Shown here: piece by piece, positions 1 through 12,528 of the stretch
Layout: each line of letters begins with the position of its first letter
How positions within the stretch are numbered: the stretch's first letter is position 1
NCBI GenBank assembly: GCA_002269645.1
Contig: NIVC01000275.1
Location: forward strand, 362,327 to 426,326
Reading direction: 5' to 3'
Origin: Macrostomum lignano
Lineage: Eukaryota
DNA length: 64,000 bases
Notes under the pieces: model-generated
What the model was told of the DNA's origin: nothing
Seen by the model: the letters and a program-made list of their open reading frames with translations, nothing else
Databases searched by the model: none
Made by a program: the position numbers and the translations under genes

Positions 1-250
1 CCTCTCACCCTGTCTCCCTCTCACCCTGTCTCCCTCTCACCCTGTCTCCCTCTCACCCTGTCTCCCTCTCATCCCGTCTCCCTCTCATCCCGTCTCCCTC
101 TCATCCCGTCTCCCTCTCACCCTGTCTCCCTCTCATCCCGTCTCCCTCTCACCCTGTCTCCGTCTCATCCCGTCTCCCTCTCATCCCGTCCCCTCTCACC
201 CTGTCTCCCTATCACCCTGTCTTCCTCTCACCGTGTCTCCCTCTCAGCTC
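1..250. repeat. 16-bp minisatellite (CCTCTCACCCTGTCTC / CCTCTCATCCCGTCTC), about 15 copies, runs off the window start
   Basis: Unit read directly from the sequence, with two alternating variants. Confidence 0.95.
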
Positions 251-755
251 TGTCTCTTAAGCGCCATTGCACCAAAAAGCCATCAGCTTGAATAGAATCA
301 GTTCAACCGAATTCGTTATGAGCTCTGCAAAAGCAGAAAAGCTGCAGGTTGGCAATTTCTATCTTTAGGCCTTTTCCGCATGGCTAATTGAGATTGCCAT
401 TGGAAATGATTTATGCTATTCGGATATATTTAGCAAAAATATCGCAGAGCTAGTTTAAAATCAATGATGAGCCTGGATCGCTTGCTTTTTTATTGCAGAT
501 AAAATTGATGATATTTTTAATGAAAACGGCTCTGGGAAGAGAGATTAGAGAGAGATCAATATACTGGCATGTATTGCACAGTATGAAAAAGTGAAAGGAT
601 TGCTAGTCTAACCAATAGGTTAATAGCGATCAGTGGATAATTTATCATTAGATGCCGTCAAGTATGACGTCATTTTCATAGGCAATCAAACAAGATTTGC
701 GCTGCAGAACTCATATGGGTCTTTGGTGGGGTTGGCGTCACCACAAAGATTGCAC

Positions 756-1736
756 ATGCCTGGCGATGGAAAGTCAGACCCGCTGTACACCCTGTGTGCG
801 TGTCGACTATCGCCTTGCTTTCCGGCAGTGGCTAAGCTGCCCCCACTGCGAGCTCATCAAGTCCCAGAGCAGATTGATCAAAGCAATTTTGCCTCCTCCT
901 TTCCGAAACACCCAGCGGTCCTCCCGGATCCGGTCAGCCAGCTGAGCTCTCGGCGCCGCCTGCAGCAGCGGCCGCTGTCGCCCAGCAGCCACCGGCTGGC
1001 GCAGATCGCTCGCGATGTCGATATCCTGCGCCGGCGCCGAGGCCGCAGCCCGCCAGCCGTCGGCTGCGTTCGCGGCCGTGGCCTCGCCTCCGCGCCCGCC
1101 GCCGCGCCCTCAGCAGCCGGGCCGAGCCGCTGCGCTGCGCCGGTTCGCTCGGCGAACTCCAACCCGACAGTCGCACGCGAATCGTCAAGCGGTGCCGAAC
1201 TCGCGCCCCAATCGACGGCGCTGATCTTCGCTGACGGCTTCGCCGGTCCTGCCGATGTCGATCGGTTGCGCGAGCGGGGGTCTCGACGGCAGGCGCCTCA
1301 GAGACCGCTGCGGAAGTCGCCTCTCCCGCCGCCACAGCCGCTGCCTCTGGTGGTCCCGGAGCTGCTGGTTGAGTCCGCGGCTTCCAGCAGTGGCTACAGC
1401 CATCGCCGGACGGTTTCGGCTGTCGCCTTCGAGGCCCCCAGCTCTGCCGCCTTCATTCGCCGGGAGCCGCTGCTCGGCGTCAGGAGGAGTCGAACTGCTT
1501 TCAGTTGCCGACGAGGCGCTGCCGCCGCTCCGGCTACGACGACACCGCCAGCCTGGCCGACTTCGCCGCAAGGCACCTCAGCCGGCGACTGCCTGCGAGT
1601 GTCCGCCGCGCTGCCGCCGCGTTATCGACGCTGCGCATCGCAGCCATCGACGGCGGCGGCGCTGTGCGAGCTGGCCGAGGACACCTGGGCGCAGCCGAGA
1701 AATCCCGTGAATTCGCCTGAGCCTCCAGCCTACTGA
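756..1736 (+). CDS. Unidentified Ser/Pro/Arg/Ala-rich protein (about 326 aa from ATG 756); may be a terminal exon
   Basis: Long GC-rich ORF (633-1736) flanked by AT-rich DNA. An acceptor-like TTTTCATAG lies at about 680. No recognisable domain. Confidence 0.4.
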   Translation: MPGDGKSDPLYTLCACRLSPCFPAVAKLPPLRAHQVPEQIDQSNFASSFPKHPAVLPDPVSQLSSRRRLQQRPLSPSSHRLAQIARDVDILRRRRGRSPPAVGCVRGRGLASAPAAAPSAAGPSRCAAPVRSANSNPTVARESSSGAELAPQSTALIFADGFAGPADVDRLRERGSRRQAPQRPLRKSPLPPPQPLPLVVPELLVESAASSSGYSHRRTVSAVAFEAPSSAAFIRREPLLGVRRSRTAFSCRRGAAAAPATTTPPAWPTSPQGTSAGDCLRVSAALPPRYRRCASQPSTAAALCELAEDTWAQPRNPVNSPEPPAY

Positions 1737-3051
1737 AACGCTTTTCATGCTACTTATAAAGCATAAGTAGTGTGTAAGGAGTTTTTTGATACTTAAATTT
1801 AACGAAGAAATGCATATAAACCTAAACCTAAACATGCGTACATATGTGAAATATTAAAATAAGCTTTATTTAATATGTATTATAATTACTAATTAATAGT
1901 CACTAATTACTGTAAGAAAAAAATCTTTGGCAATATATTTCACAGACGTAGCTCAAATTGTGTATTTTTAATTGTACATAAAAAGGAACTTTTAAGTCTT
2001 CAAATATTTGTTTTTTTTAAACTCGAGAGAAGATTCGTTTTATTCGTATTGAACTTATTTCAAAATCATAGATTTCAAAGAAAACTTGTTTACATCTATT
2101 TTTTATCAGTCCATTATGAAACGTTGTATTTTTTCGATGACAGCTCAAGTGAGCACACTGCACCCAATAACTCTCTCCAGCCATTTCTGGCGGCCCCGCA
2201 ACTGTTCGAGGCATTCTTTCTCGGATTAAACAGGATTAGAAGTTACAAGCTATTCAAGAGACCACAGCTGGGCTCGCGGGGCCACTCAACCGAGACGGGG
2301 CCATCAAAAGTGGCTTTGTGAGGCTGGGCTGCATTGGTCTGGCGACTTTTGTGTCTGTATTATGCAAAATTTCTATTCAATATGACAGTTGAGCTGGCTG
2401 CTCCGCCATTGGCCCGGCAGGGCTGGGCTGGCACAGAATATGAGAAGGTGGGAGCGCCGGCGTCTCAGCCCAGCGGGGGGTTTAAATTCAAGCAAGGCGC
2501 CCCAAAGCTCATTAGCGGCCAACTTGCAGCAAAGCATTCGAGAGACAGAGAGGCTCTTTCCCTCTCGTACCCAGCTGAAGTGCCGTGCGCTTTAATTGAC
2601 TCAACAGAGCTGCTCAGCTTAATCCCTTGACAACCTACTTCACACTGTGGTACAGCCTGGGCCTCATTCGGTACTGCCGGAACTCCAGCAAGCGTTGGCT
2701 TAACCAGCTCAGACGGATAAGAAGAAACAACGAAGGGATCCAACAGCTTTACGAAGGCAGGTAGGAAACTTCCGGTTCTGTGCACCCCGAGTCCTTTCCG
2801 AAGTATTCTCTCTCGAAGACATTCCAAATTTGCATCAGGCGGCTGGCCGGTTTCGCAATGGCAGCCTCAAACTGGCCAATTCTCATTTTCCCAGCTCTCA
2901 ATGGAGCAGCCAAACAACACGCACAGGTAGAGGCTGTGAGTAAATGAGAGGCGCTGGAATTTCTGCCAGGCAGCCGCCCCACCCCAAGTTTGCCAACTGA
3001 GTCCGCACTGTTTGTTTGGCCTGCTTGCCAAATGGAAGAAGTTGAAGAGGC

Positions 3052-3052
<1 letters not shown>

Positions 3053-3102
<50 letters not shown>
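3053..3102. repeat. (CA)n microsatellite
   Basis: Direct observation. Confidence 0.98.
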
Positions 3103-3104
<2 letters not shown>

Positions 3105-3506
3105 TGGGTGGGGACGGAGCAGAAGAGAAAAGCTCAAACTGTCACGGTCCAGTCCGCTCAGGTTGCGAGACTCCGACCCCAGCCCACCCCACCTGCACAC
3201 AGCGGAGAGCGGAGGCCCGGTGTGTGCGGATTCCTGCAGCCTCTGAGCGATACCCAAACTCACAAGGCAAGCACGTAGCCGCCATCAATCAGGGAGCGGC
3301 AGCCGGTGCGCACCACCGTCTACTGCCAAAGAGCCCAATGCATTTTATTTCTTCTTTCCTCTGCTGCTCCGCTGCTTTCGGTGCGGACCTGAGGCAGTAA
3401 TTTTTTATTGAATTCTCCTACGCCCTCAGTAGTGAGCGGCTAGCTGAAAATACAGATGGATTTAGAAATTCTCCATTTTGTCGGAAATGCTCATCCTGCA
3501 GCTTCC

Positions 3507-4847
3507 ATGGCGTCGCGGCAGGCGCACTGGGAGGCGGCACCGGCCCGACGCGCCGTCCCTTCCTCCAGTTGGCAACAGCCAGCGATGTCGGCCTCCGAGC
3601 AGCTGCAGAGCTACATCGACAGGTTCGAGAAGTCGCAAGCAGCAGAGTCGGCTCCGCCAGTTCATAACGGCTTCAGTACGCATCAGCAGCAAGGCGCAGC
3701 AAAAAATGACGACAAGGACGCGTGGGACTTGCTGTGCGGCCGGCACGGAGCCAGCGACGGTCACGTGAGCGTCAAGACGCGCTGCATACTGCGAGACGTC
3801 GAACGAAAACTGGGCTACACGGAGCCCTGCTACTCTGCACAGGACAGACGTGAGTGAAACTCCAATGCTCATATGAACTTTCTGAAATCCAGCACGTCCT
3901 CAGCATGACACACCGCAAACAATCCGCTTGCAGTGGACCTGCGCAGCATCTGGCCCAGCATGCACGAGCATCTGGAGCGGCGCTGGCGTCGTCAGCTGCG
4001 CGAACGCTACGAAGATCAGCAGCGCGCCGAGGCTGCAGCTGCGGCAACCGCGGCTGAGGCTTCCGCCCGCGCCGACCTGTACAGGTATAGTCGGAAGATC
4101 TCAGGCGGTACACGGCGCAGCCGCTTGCCGACGTCGCTAACTCCGCAATCAGAGGCGCCACCGGCTCGGGTGCAAGCTTCAGCAGACAGCGACGATGAGG
4201 ACAAGACCGTGGAATGCAGCGACTCGGGGAGGGACGGCGGCGGCGGCGGCTCCTCGCTGGCCGTGGGTGCAACAGACGCCGCTCGGTGCAGCAAAGAGCG
4301 GCTGTGGGGCAGCGACTCCGGCATCGAGCAGTCCTGCAGCGGCGCCGCGGCCGCGACTGCCGCCACCACCGCAGCTGCAGCTGCCACCTGGCAGAGCGAT
4401 AATAAAGTATCCAGCGAGGCCGAGGCGACGGACGACCCAAGCGAAGTCGGCGGCTCCTTCGAAGAGCGGATGCGCTCCTACCGCTGCGTCCTGGAGGCTC
4501 ACGAGTTGAGCTCGCGACTCCGTCAGCACCTGGAGGCCGCGTGCGCCACAACGGGCAACGGCGGCAAGAAAGTGCTCAGCGTAGAGGAGAAGGGCCGCAT
4601 CCGGGACCGGCTGGCTCGGCTGCAAGGGCCGCTGCGAGGCGGCTTCATTCCGTCGGACGATGGCGAGGCAGATCGCGAGCAGCCGCCGCAGCCGGAGCCT
4701 GAGCGAATCACCACCGAGCGGCTGGCTCAGCTGATGAGCTTGGCGCGAGGCCTCTTGCCGAGTCGAGTTGAGGAAGCTGAAGAGGACAGGCGATGGCCTG
4801 TGCTTGATGATGCAGCTGTGGAGGCTGGTCAAGAACCCGGACAGTGA
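3507..4847 (+). CDS. Two-exon unidentified protein (exons 3507-3849 and 3934-4847) with predicted coiled-coil segments
   Basis: A GTGAGT...TTGCAG intron (3850-3933, phase 1) joins ORFs 3456-3857 and 3933-4847 in frame (...AQDR-L-DLRSIWP...). The start could alternatively be ATG 3456. Confidence 0.6.
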
Positions 4848-5692
4848 GGACGTACCAAGCACCTTTTTTAGGAGCTGCGAGATATCCTTCAAGTATTTTT
4901 TGCATTGAACATCCACACATATTACTTGCACCAACGTATAATGCCTCACGCATCAGGTATAATAAATCAAATATAAATGTTGGAAAGGCGAACTGATGCA
5001 GCTAAAAAGTCCAAGATGCTACTGCTAGTAGGCAAGTACAAGTTTATTCTTGTTATTTTAAATCTCCATCGCGTCAAAAAGCTATTAAAAGTATTTTGCT
5101 ACTTTGTTTAAGACGATGAACAGTGTGCGTGAAGTACAGGATTCAATGAGCTACTACTGCTTGTGCACAATGGACTCAACTACGGTGAAATAGATAAGAG
5201 CCATAAACAGGCCCCTCAACTGAAGGCTTGTCGTTGGATTTCATGCCTTATTTTGAATGCGGCCTAGTTCGAAACTTTATCGACATTAAGATAAAAGTAC
5301 AAGCTAAAAAGCTAGGTTTAATAACAAATTATACAGCATACTGCTGGATTGGGGTTTTCAGCCATGTTGTGCCATTTCAAGGACACTGTAAAACATGTAC
5401 AGTGCGGCATCACTTGGACTAGGACTAGTGATGCGTTTCGTTATTGACACAAATAACTGGCAACAAGCAAAAGGGAATCACGTTGTATAGGTGAAGGCCT
5501 GAGTGCGCAGGTTCATGCTACGGTTAGTACAAGTTAATACGAGCATAAATACATGAAGCTAGTGAAAGTGCTGGATTGTATTTACAACGCCCTTGCTTGC
5601 CATGATATGTGGACTACATGATGAGTACCTGATACCAGTGTATTACAAGCGTAAATTAGTCAGCGAGAGCGCGTGAGATCATATTATCGCCG

Positions 5693-6390
5693 GCGTTGTC
5701 AGGGGTGCCATTGTGGGTGTTGTCAGTGGAGCTACACTGGGTGTTGTCAGTGGAGCTACAGTGGGTGTTGTCAGTGGAGCTACAGTGGGTGTTGTCAGTG
5801 GAGCTACAGTGGGTGTTGTCAGTGGAGCTACAGTGGGTGTTGTCAGTGGAGCTACAGTGGGTGTTGTCAGTGGAGCTACAGTGGGTGTTGTCAGTGGAGC
5901 TACAGTGGGTGTTGTCAGTGGAGCTACAATGGGTGTTGTCAGTGGAGCTACAGTGAGTGTTGTCAGTGGAGCTACAGTGGGTGTTGTCGGGGGTGCCACA
6001 GTGGGTGTTGTCAGTGGAGCTACAGGGGGTGTTGTCAGTGGAGCTACAGTGGGTGTTGTCGGGGGTGCCACAGTGGGTGTTGTCAGTGGAGCTACAGGGG
6101 GTGTTGTCAGTGGAGCTACAGTGAGTGTTGTCAGTGGAGCTACAGTGGGTGTTGCTACAGTGGGTTTTGTCGGGGAGCTACAGTGGGTGCTGTCGGGGGT
6201 GTCACAGTGGGTGTTGTCAGGGGTGTCACAGTGGGTGTTGTCGGGGGTGTTACAGTGGGTGTTGTCGGGGGTGTCACAGTGGGTGTTGTCGGGGGTGTCA
6301 CAGTGGGTGTTGTCGGGGGTGTCACAGTGGGTGTTTTCGGGGGTGTCACAGTGGGTGTTGTCGGGGGTGTCACAGTGGGTGTTGTCGGGG
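5693..6390. repeat. 24-bp minisatellite, about 29 copies (CAGTGGGTGTTGTCAGTGGAGCTA grading into CAGTGGGTGTTGTCGGGGGTGTCA)
   Basis: Direct observation; 8-aa periodicity in all translated frames. Confidence 0.95.
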
Positions 6391-6449
6391 GCGCAAAGAT
6401 ATTTATTTGACACTCTGTAAGCCAACAATCGAAGTCCTTCCATTGATTC

Positions 6450-8968
6450 TCACTCAGCCGACGGCTTCCAGGCTCGAGCGAACCGCCTGCCCTGGTCGAT
6501 CTGCTCGCCGAGCTCCTGAGCCGCCTCGCTCAGCAGCTGCGCCTCCGACTCGGACAGCCGGCCGACGCCCAGGTTCTGCTCGACTCCCTCCTGGCCGAGC
6601 AGCAGCGGGTTTGAGCAGAACGCCGGTCCGTCCGTCGCGTCCGACTCAACGTAGGCGGACTCGACAACATTCTGCCTGCCGTCCATGGCACACAGCAGCG
6701 AGTGCAGGAAGCCGTGGGCCGCGGCCGCCACGGACAACGAGGCGGAGCCGGCGCCGGCCTTGGCCTGCAGCACGGTGTCAGCTGCGCCGCGGACAGCCCG
6801 GGTCATGGCAAGCAGCTCGCTGGCTGGCAGGCGGCAGTGCGGCTCCACCTGGCTCAGCACCGGCACCAAAGTCGAGCTGCTGTGGCCGCCGACCACCGGC
6901 ACGCTGACTTGGTCCAACGGTGTGCCTGCGATCGGTGCACAGTGGTGTTGGATCGGTGCACAGGGGTGTTGGATCGGTGCACAGAGGTGTTGGATCGGTG
7001 CACAGGGGTTTTGGATCGGTGCACAGGGGTGTTGGATCGGTGCACAGGGGTGTTGGATCGGTGCACAGAGGTGTTGGATCGGTGCACAGGGGTTTTGGAT
7101 CGGTGCACAGGGGTGTTGGATCTGTGCACAGGGGTATTGGATCGGTGCACAGGGGTGTTGGATCGGTGCAAAGTGGTGTTGGATCTGTGCACAGGAATAT
7201 TGGATCGGTGCACAGGGGTGTTGGATCTGTGCACAGGGGTATTGGATCGGTGCACAGGGGTGTTGGATCTGTGCACAGGGGTGTTGGATCTGTGCACAGG
7301 GGTATTGGATCGGTGCACAGGGGTGTTGGATCTGTGCACAGGGGTATTGGATCGGTGCAAGTGGTGTTGGATCGGTGCACAGGGGTGTTGGATCTGTGCA
7401 CAGGTGTATTGGATCGGTGCACAGGGGTGTTGGATCGGTGCACAGGGGTGTTGGATCTGTGCACAGGGGTATTGGATCGGTGCACAGGGGTGTTGGATCT
7501 GTGCACAGGGGTATTGGATCGGTGCAAGTGGTGTTGGATCGGTGCACAGGGGTGTTGGATCTGTGCACAGGGGTATTGGATCGGTGCACAGGGGTGTTGG
7601 ATCGGTGCAAAGTGGTGTTGGATCTGTGCACAGGGGTATTGGATCGGTGCACAGGGGTGTTGGATCTGTGCACAGGGGTATTGGATCGGTGCACAGGGGT
7701 GTTGGATCTGTGCACAGGGGTATTGGATCGGTGCACAGGGGTGTTGGATCGGTGCAAAGTGGTGTTGGATCGGTGCACAGGGGTATTGGATCGGTGCACA
7801 GGGGTGTTGGATCGGTGCACAGGGGTGTTGGATCGGTGCAAAGTGGTGTTGGATCTGTGCACAGGGGTATTGGATCGGTGCACAGGGGTGTTGGATCGGT
7901 GCACAGGGGTGTTGGATCGGTGCAAAGTGGTGTTGGATCGGTGCACAGGGGTATTGGATCGGTGCACAGGGGTGTTGGATCGGTGCACAGGGGTGTTGGA
8001 TCGGTGCAAAGTGGTGTTGGATCTGTGCACAGGGGTATTGGATCGGTGCACAGGGGTGTTGGATCGGTGCACAGGGGTGTTGGATCGGTGCAAAGTGGTG
8101 TTGGATCGGTGCACAGGGGTATGGGATCGGTGCACAGGGGTGTTGGATCGGTGCACAGGGGTGTTGGATCGGTGCACAGGGGTGTTGGATCGGTGCACAG
8201 GGGTGTTGGATCGTTGCAAAGTGGTGTTGGATCGGTGCACAGGGGTATGGGATCGGTGCACAGGGGTGTTGGATCGGTGCACAGGGGTGTTGGATCGGTG
8301 CACAGGGGTGTTGGATCGGTGCACAGGGGTGTTGGATCGGTGCACAGGGGTTTTGGATCGGTGGACAGTTTGCAATCAGCTGATGCAGACACTGACACGA
8401 CGCAACACTCACCTGTCTTCTGAGCCATGAGAATGTTGGCCCGAACCGAGTTGATGGCCGTGACACCGAACAGCCGGCGCGGATTGTACACCCCGTAGCG
8501 CCGCAGGACCTCAGCAGCCAGAGGCACACTGCTATTCAGCGGGCTGGTGAGCAAGCAGAGCAGCGCCTCCGGGCAGTGCCGGGCCACCGCTGAGGTCAGC
8601 TCGGCCACTGTGCCGGCGTTCTGTTCGAACAGATCGGACAGCTGCATGCCGAGCTGCCTGGGCCGGCCGGCCAGCATCACCACCAGGCTGCAGTGGCGCA
8701 GACAGTCGGCCAGCTGCTGCCGCCCGCCCTGATAGCTGCTGACGCGGGCCTTGGTGGCGATGTGGCCTAGGTCGGCGCACAGGCCTCGGGTGTCCAGCGT
8801 ATCGTAGAGAGCCAGCTCGGACACGAATGCCGACCGCTTCAGCATGAGGGCCAGCGGTTGGCCGACAGCTCCGCAGGCGCCCAGGATGGCCACCCGGTTC
8901 TGCGGCAGGTCCGGCACGCCGTGCAGACGGCGCTGACCGAGAGCGCGGACCAGCTGACTGGAAGCCAT
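6450..8968 (-). CDS. MDH2: Divergent mitochondrial-type malate dehydrogenase (MDH2-like); exons 8968-8413 and 6925-6450
   Basis: RVAILGACGAVGQPL, LYD, ADLGHI, GVYNPRRLFGVT, VPVVGGH and AKAGAGSA match the MDH2 family throughout. A phase-1 GTGAGT...CAG intron (8412-6926) joins KT-G-TPLDQV in frame. Several active-site residues are substituted (see findings). Confidence 0.9.
6930..8362. repeat. 21-bp minisatellite (TTGGATCGGTGCACAGGGGTG), about 68 copies, filling the MDH intron
   Basis: Direct observation; explains the CTDPTPL/VHRSNTP pseudo-ORFs. Confidence 0.97.
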
Positions 8969-9542
8969 GCGGTTTGTCTGACTAGAAATTAATTCAAGCA
9001 TGTGGGGACTCAAGCACTACGGGTATAGCTGCGGTGATATATCGGTACTATACAGTAATGCGCCTGAATTGCTGGACTCGACAGCTGATTGGCTCGCCAC
9101 AAAAGTAGCCTTTCAGCCTGCGTTGCCCCCTGCTGCGCCTCGCCAGTCCCGAACGGTGGATGCTGAATGAATTTCAAAGGGGGGATTTCAAGGTCGCCAC
9201 CTCCCCAGCCTCCTCCTCAGGGCTCAAGAAACCATCGGAGCGGGGAAAAATTTATGAACTAAGCCGACTATGCGAGAGAGGGCTGGCAAAAGTACTTTTA
9301 ATAATGCCTCTGATGCCTCTTCTTCCCCCCCCCCTACTTTCAGCCACTCATCTTTTCATCTTTACTTTAAAGCGGCTTATAATGAAAAATTGAAGACCTG
9401 AGAAGGAAAGATTTAAGTAAGGAAATCAAGTTTATTGCTGGAATTTACGGCTTACAATGCAGTTGCCAGCTGCCCACTGGAAGGGCGAACTTCAACCGTG
9501 TGTGGCGCACGTTTGTTATGTAACAGGGACTTTAGCACTGCC

Positions 9543-10180
9543 GCACCAAGGGGCTTTAGCACCAAGGGGCTTTAGCACCAAGGGGCTTTAGCACCAAGGG
9601 GCTTTAGCACCAAGGGGCTTTAGCACCAAGGGGCTTTAGCACCAAGGGGCTTTAGCACCAAGGGGCTTTAGCACCAAGGGGCTTTAGCACCAAGGGGCTT
9701 TAGCACCAAGGGGCTTTAGCACCAAGGGGCTTTAGCACCAAGGGGCTTTAGCACCAAGGGGCTTTAGCACCAAGGGCTTTAGCACCAAGGGGCTTTAGCA
9801 CCAAGGGGCTTTAGCACCAAGGGGCTTTAGCACCAAGGGGCTTTAGCACCAAGGGGCTTTAGCACCAAGGGGCTTTAGCACCAAGGGGCTTTAGCACCAA
9901 GGGGCTTTAGCACCAAGGGGCTTTAGCACCAAGGGGCTTTAGCACCAAGGGGCTTTAGCACCAAGGGGCTTTAGCACCAAGGGGCTTTAGCACCAAGGGG
10001 CTTTAGCACCAAGGGGCTTTAGCACCAAGGGGCTTTAGCACCAAGGGGCTTTAGCACCAAGGGGCTTTAGCACCAAGGGGCTTTAGCACCAAGGGGCTTT
10101 AGCACCAAGGGGCTTTAGCACCAAGGGGCTTTAGCACCAAGGGGCTTTAGCACCAAGGGGCTTTAGCATCAAGGGGCGCC
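9543..10180. repeat. Nearly invariant 16-bp minisatellite (GCACCAAGGGGCTTTA), about 40 copies
   Basis: Direct observation; one unit near 9770 lacks a G. Confidence 0.97.
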
Positions 10181-10746
10181 AGCATCAAGGGACTAAAGAA
10201 ATCGTCATTAAAACTCATTGGATAGCAACCTCTAGCTTCGTTATCCCCTGTTCCATCATCAAACCTTCTCTTATCTCATCCCTCTCGCAGGCAATCCCTG
10301 TCCTGTCTTGTTTAATCAGATCACTCGCGCGTAACGAGACGCAGGCGGATGCTCGAATAATTCGATTTTCTGTGTCCCAGAAGGAATAGCGGTGCTACAG
10401 TGCAGTCCGCTTCATCATAGCCTATTATGAACTATACGGCAATATGAGCTCTGTGGGCTCCTGCGATTTCTTTATTGATTTCGATTTTTGTCAGACAATG
10501 ACTAATCCCGGGAAGCTAATGGCTAATGGCGATCTCTTCTTATCAGAGGGTACAATACTATTCGTGTTTGGCATTGTAGTTAACTTAGTCTTTAGCCTAG
10601 CATTGGCGAGGCTCCATAGCAACTCCTTGTCCATTGTGGTGCTATCTTAGCTTCATCGGAAAGTGGACAGACACTGGAGAAGGTTCCGCTGTTCAAGGTT
10701 CACTTTCGAATAGCCAATGATATCGCTTTGGATAGCGGTGAATGGC

Positions 10747-12528
10747 GATGCTCAAGAGGAATAGCTCAGATGCCAATGCTCAAGAGGAATAGCTCAGATG
10801 CCAATGCTCAAGAGGAATAGCTCAGATGCCAATGCTCAAGGGGAATTGCTCCGATGCCAATGCTCAAAGGGAATCGCCCAGATCCCAATGCTCAAAGGGA
10901 ATTGCTCAGATGCCAATGCTCAAGGGGAATTGCTCCGATGCCAATGCTCAAAGGGAATCGCCCAGATCCCAATGCTCAAAGGGAATTGCTCAGATGCCAA
11001 TGCTCAAGGGGAATTGCTCCGATGCCAATGCTCAAAGGGAATCGCCCAGATCCCAATGCTCAAGGGGAATTGCTCCGATGCCAATGCTCAAAGGGAATCG
11101 CCCAGATCCCAATGCTCAAGGGGAATTGCTCAGATGCCAATGCTCAAATGGAATTGCTCAGATGCCAATGCTCAAATGGAATTGCTCAGATGCCAATGCT
11201 CAAAGGGAACTGCTCAGATGCCAATGCTCAAAGGGAACTGCTCAGATGCCAATGCTCAGGGGGAATTGCTCAGATGCCAATGCTCAAAGAGAATTGTTCA
11301 GATGCCAATGCTCAAAGGGAATTGCCCAGATTCCAATGCTCAAAGGGAATTGCTCAGATGCCAATGCTCAAGGGGAATTGCCCAGATGCCAATGCTCAAG
11401 GGGAATTGCCCAGATGCCAATGCTCAAGGGGAATTGCTCAGATGCCAATGCTCAAGAGGAATAGCTCAGATGCCAATGCTCAAGGGGAATTGCTCCGATG
11501 CCAATGCTCAAAGAGAATCGCCCAGATCCCAATGCTCAAGGGGAATTGCTCCGATGCCAATGCTCAAAGGGAATCGCCCAGATCCCAATGCTCAAAGGGA
11601 ATTGCTCAGATGCCAATGCTCAAATGGAATTGCTCAGATGCCAATGCTCAAAGGGAATTGCCCAGATTCCAATGCTCAAAGGGAATTGCTCAGATGCCAA
11701 TGCTCAAGGGGAATTGCCCAGATGCCAATGCTCAAGGGGAATTGCCCAGATGCCAATGCTCAAGGGGAATTGCTCAGATGCCAATGCTCAAGAGGAATAG
11801 CTCAGATGCCAATGCTCAAGGGGAATTGCTCCGATGCCAATGCTCAAAGGGAATCGCCCAGATCCCAATGCTCAAGGGAAATTGCTCAGATGCCAATGCT
11901 CAAATGGAATTGCTCAGATGCCAATGCTCAAATGGAATTGCTCAGATGCCAATTCTCAAGGGGAATTGCTCCGATGCCAATGCTCAAAGGGAATCGCCCA
12001 GATCCCAATATTCAAAGGGAATTGCTCAGATGCCAATGCTCAAAGGGAACTGCTCAGATGCCAATGCTCAGGGGGAATTGCTCAGGTGCCAATGCTCAAA
12101 GAGAATTGTTCAGATGCCAATGCTCAAAGGGAATCGCCCAGATTCCAATGCTCAAAGGGAATTTCCCAGATTCCAATGCTCAAAGGGAATTGCTCAGATG
12201 CCAATGCTCAAGGGGAATTGCTCAGATGCCAATGCTCAAGGGGAATTGCCCAGATGCCAATGCTCAAGGGGAATTGCCCAGATGCCAATGCTCAAGGGGA
12301 ATTGCCCAGATGCCAATGCTCAAGGGGAATTGCCCAGATGCCAATGCTCAAGGGGAATAGCTCAGATGCCAATGCTCAAGGGGAATTGCTCAGATGCCAA
12401 TGCTCAAGGGGAATAGCTCAGATGCCAATGCTCAAGGGGAATAGCTCAGATGCCAATGCTCAAGGGGAATAGCTCAGATGCCAATGCTCAAAGGGAATTG
12501 CCCAGATCCCAATGCTCAGGGGGAATTG
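10747..12528. repeat. 28-bp minisatellite (GATGCCAATGCTCAAGGGGAATTGCTCA), about 63 copies; the unit is a diverged dimer of 14-mers
   Basis: Direct observation. Both halves end in TGCTCA. Confidence 0.97.

Noticed and set aside
2330-2900. Possible decayed Mutator-type transposase
   Set aside because: Only vague words (FEREYFG); no ordered catalytic motifs or termini found.
5020-5480. Possible FLYWCH/MULE remnant
   Set aside because: Short resemblances lie in different frames and could be chance.
5673-6443. Cys-rich and mucin-like ORFs (CCQWSYSG, VAPLTTPT) on both strands
   Set aside because: Translations of the 24-bp array; open in several frames with no unique flanking coding sequence.
6685-8529. 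500-700 aa repetitive ORFs, including an apparent MDH-repeat fusion
   Set aside because: The repeat lies inside a GT-AG intron whose removal restores a normal-length MDH.
9543-12528. CRISPR-like appearance of the regular arrays, and 520-aa MPMLKGNC ORFs
   Set aside because: Head-to-tail repeats with no unique spacers, no cas genes and a eukaryotic context. The ORFs arise from a stop-poor 28-bp unit.
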